From Octopus sinensis (taxonomy: Eukaryota): a DNA stretch of 64,000 nucleotides. Below, one piece after another: positions 60,901-64,000 of this stretch (its first letter is position 1; each line of letters begins with the position of its first letter). The notes under the pieces are model-generated. The model was not told the origin of the DNA. It made no database searches and saw nothing but the letters and a program-made list of their open reading frames with translations. The stretch lies in assembly GCF_006345805.1 (NCBI RefSeq), contig NC_043005.1, forward strand, positions 47,244,001 through 47,308,000, written 5' to 3'. The position numbers and the translations under genes are program-made.

Positions 60901-63265
60901 AAGAAGAAACGTCAAGATAGCTTTGATAGTGCATACAGCAGGTTTCAAAACATTTCATAGCGTGACTACAATTCCAAAGAGACGATGTTTTGAAGCATTC
61001 CATCCATCTATGTTTTTTTTATATTCAAAGTAATGTAGGTTTGGTTGGTAATTGCTATTGTGCTGAGCATCAAATAATTTCAAATTATATGTACTGGACA
61101 TTTCTGCATCCTAATAGAAGACAGACAACTCAAATTGAGGACCTACTGAGATCAATGAAGAGCATAATTCTTTTTTTTTTTTGCGTAGCGCTGTGAAACG
61201 CCTTTTGGTTGAAGCTAATTAAAGAAGTAGGTGAATGTGTTACTCCTATTTATTTTATGTGGCCAAATAAATCAAGAACAAAGTTAGTCTTGGCAGGATT
61301 CGAATTCAGATGATGACAAGCCAGATATAAAGAACATTTATTTATTTGCCTAGTGTTATTGGTATAACAGTGTCTTAATAAGATAAGTTGCAAACTACAA
61401 GGAAATTGTTCTTATTAACCAGTTTATCTACTGATTAACTCCTTACATTAGACACAACACTATAAAGGTGAAGTAGTGGTGTTTATCCGATAGAATCGAA
61501 TCCATTCCTTATGTAACTATGCCACAAGTTTTATTCATTGACGTAATAGGGTCGCAACTTTTATAGATGCATAGGAAAAGGAGAAGGATAAAGTAAATTT
61601 GTTTTCAACCATATATACAGGCAAACATCCGTAAACACGTATACATGTACACAGAGATGGCTCTCTGCTCATATACACATGCACGCACACGCACGCACAA
61701 TTTGTTATTCGTAAGAGTTAACTAGAATTTTTTGGCTCAAAAATACCCAATCTCAAAAGTTGATTGCATAAATCTCACCAGAGTGAAAGCTCCAGAAAGG
61801 ATGTGAGTATTGCTCTTGCTTCCCTGATTAAATAAAAAGATAGGTCAATACCAGAGAGAATTGAACCCCAACAGTTTGATGATTTACAGCTGTGACTTCG
61901 ATACGTTTATGAGATCAAACAGTATATTAATTCTTAGAATTGGTATAATGCCAAAATTTTGTGAGGAGGAATACAGCCGAAGAAATTGACCATGCTTTGG
62001 ATTGATACTTTAGTTTATTCATCAAGAAATGAAGGATAAAGTTGACTTGAGGATAATTTGAACTCAAAACATAAAATGACATCATTAAATAACACAAGAA
62101 ATTCTGTCCGACACCATACCAATTCGAGCAACAATAAACGTGGTTATTGAAATATATATATTTACTAAACTTTTCAGCCTATCTTATTGCATTTCTTCGC
62201 TGTATCCAATCTGTTGATATACCAGTCTCCCAACAGTTTGGTTATATCATCAGGTAGAAAAGGAGTATAATATTTTTGTAGTCCTTTTTAAATATAGTTT
62301 TCAAACATATAATTTCTGCTTCATAATAATATGAATTGGTTAATTTTGGTAATTACAGGCAAAATCTAGAGTTACAGTTTAAATAACGGCTTTAGGCATT
62401 TAACAAATACATTAATAAAGATTAATATAATTAATTAACGAAATACATTAATAAAGAATAATATCATTAATTAACAGAGTGAGACCGTTTTAAGGTTTCG
62501 TTGTATGTTCTAGCTTCAGGCAACTTAATAATATCTGCAAGATGACGTTCGATTGAATTGCTCTGGGTTAATCTTGAATATTGAATATTGAATAACAAAT
62601 GTGTTCGTGCATGAAAGCATATGTAAGGTTACAGTGAAGCTAGTTGGTGTCGCAGTTTCGATTCCGTTTCACACATAACAAATCGCTCCTCACACGTGTG
62701 ATTTCGGTCTGTAATCAATAACATGAGGAAAACTGAAAATTTGTTTCTTTATCATTCACCTTGCGTTTTAATACATTGCGTACGAATTTGTGTGCAAGCG
62801 TGTGTGCGTACAGATGTATGCACAAAAATATATTGCCGACTTTACAATCGTGAGGTCCCGGGTTCGATGTCACCGCGTGCTATCTTGTGTGAGTATCTTT
62901 TGCCATAATTTCGTGTTGGTACAGTGCTTGTGAGTGAAACTGAATTGATAGAAATTATGTGAAAGCCCATCGAATAGGCGACAACACATACAGTTCAAAT
63001 ATTTGAACAACTAAATTATGTATCTACAATTTGTGGTTAGCTCAGCTGATCAAACAAGCGGAGGGTTAACTATTGTCACTATATGGATAAGTAAGTAGTT
63101 TTAGTGTGAGCATGCGTTTTCATATACTTTTATGTCCGTGTGTGTGTATGAGTGCGTGTGTAATATCAAAATCTAACATAAATTTGAGTTTTTCACCGGC
63201 TGGGCCGTTCACTACAAATGTTTCATACTATGTAAACTATATTTCAATATACTTTACAGGGCTTA

Positions 63266-63690
63266 AGGCAGTGAGCTGGTAGAATCGTTTGTAGTCGGGC
63301 TTAGCAATTTTTCGTCCGTCTTCACGTTCTGGGTTCAAATTCCGCCGAGGTCGTCTTTGTCTTTCATTCTTTCGGGGTTGATAAAATAAGTACCAGTTGA
63401 ACATGGGATCGATGTAATTGACTCTCTCCTTCCCCGAAATTGCTAGCCTTGTGCCAAAATTTAAAACTAATATTTATTCAAGAATAAGGCAACGAGGTGG
63501 CAAAATGGTAAGCACGTGCTCAGCGTAAGCCAAATTGCTTAGTGGCATTTCGTCCGTCTTTACGTTCAACCGTTCAAATGTCGCCGAGGCCCACTTTGCG
63601 TTTCATCCTTTCGGGGTCGATAAAACAAGTGCCAATCAGCTTATCCGCTTTACCGGACTTGCTGGCCTTATGCCAAAATTTGAAACCAAT
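63266..63690 (+). mobile_element. Two tandem Meta-like SINEs
   Basis: Heads at ~63266 and ~63486, each with a TTTCAT(T/C)CTTTCGGGGT core. Confidence 0.85.
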
Positions 63691-64000
63691 ATATTTTACA
63701 GCGTTTACATTACGATATATGTGTGTGTGTGTGTGTGTGTCGTCAAAAAATAAAGTTTAAGTGGGCACTGGGGTCGCTGTAAAAAACAAGACACTTCGTT
63801 CAAAATGACAAGCTTTGTGCCTATACCAGAAATTGCATTATAGTGTATTGTTCTGGTGTATCGTTTTGGCCAAACACAAATATGTCAACTATTTCACGCA
63901 TTTAAATAGAAATTAAACTATTTTTTCCTCTTTTATTTCAACATCACAGCAACCACGTCTAAGAAGTTTTATTTCTCTCTCACTCTATCTTCCACTATTT

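Overview
AT-rich eukaryotic DNA that is almost entirely intronic or intergenic. The repeat content (tRNA-derived SINEs with CORE-like and Meta-like cores, very dense di-, tri- and tetranucleotide microsatellites) is most consistent with an octopus genome; this is an inference, not a database match. No host protein could be identified. Nearly all listed ORFs are either microsatellite read-throughs or decayed transposons: a Tc1 DD34E element, a maT DD37D fragment, a Tigger-like end, and Dong/R4, CR1 (x2), RTE (x2) and Tx1/L1 (ORF1 and ORF2 pieces) LINEs. The most notable unannotated signal is a set of minimal type-I hammerhead ribozyme motifs in short Penelope-like terminal repeats, from at least three families. 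These include a structurally complete 38-nt motif at 6140-6177 (-) with a non-canonical CCGACGA core, a head-to-head inverted pair at 55.7-55.9 kb, and two convergent motifs at 14.4 and 14.8 kb. Hammerheads in Penelope-like elements are a known class, so any novelty lies in these particular families and the core variant. Other observations are a near-identical ~260-bp inverted duplication, two SINEs sharing a triplicated target site, several fold-back hairpins, and a low-confidence phase-compatible chain of minus-strand microexons. Repeat boundaries are approximate and were read by eye.
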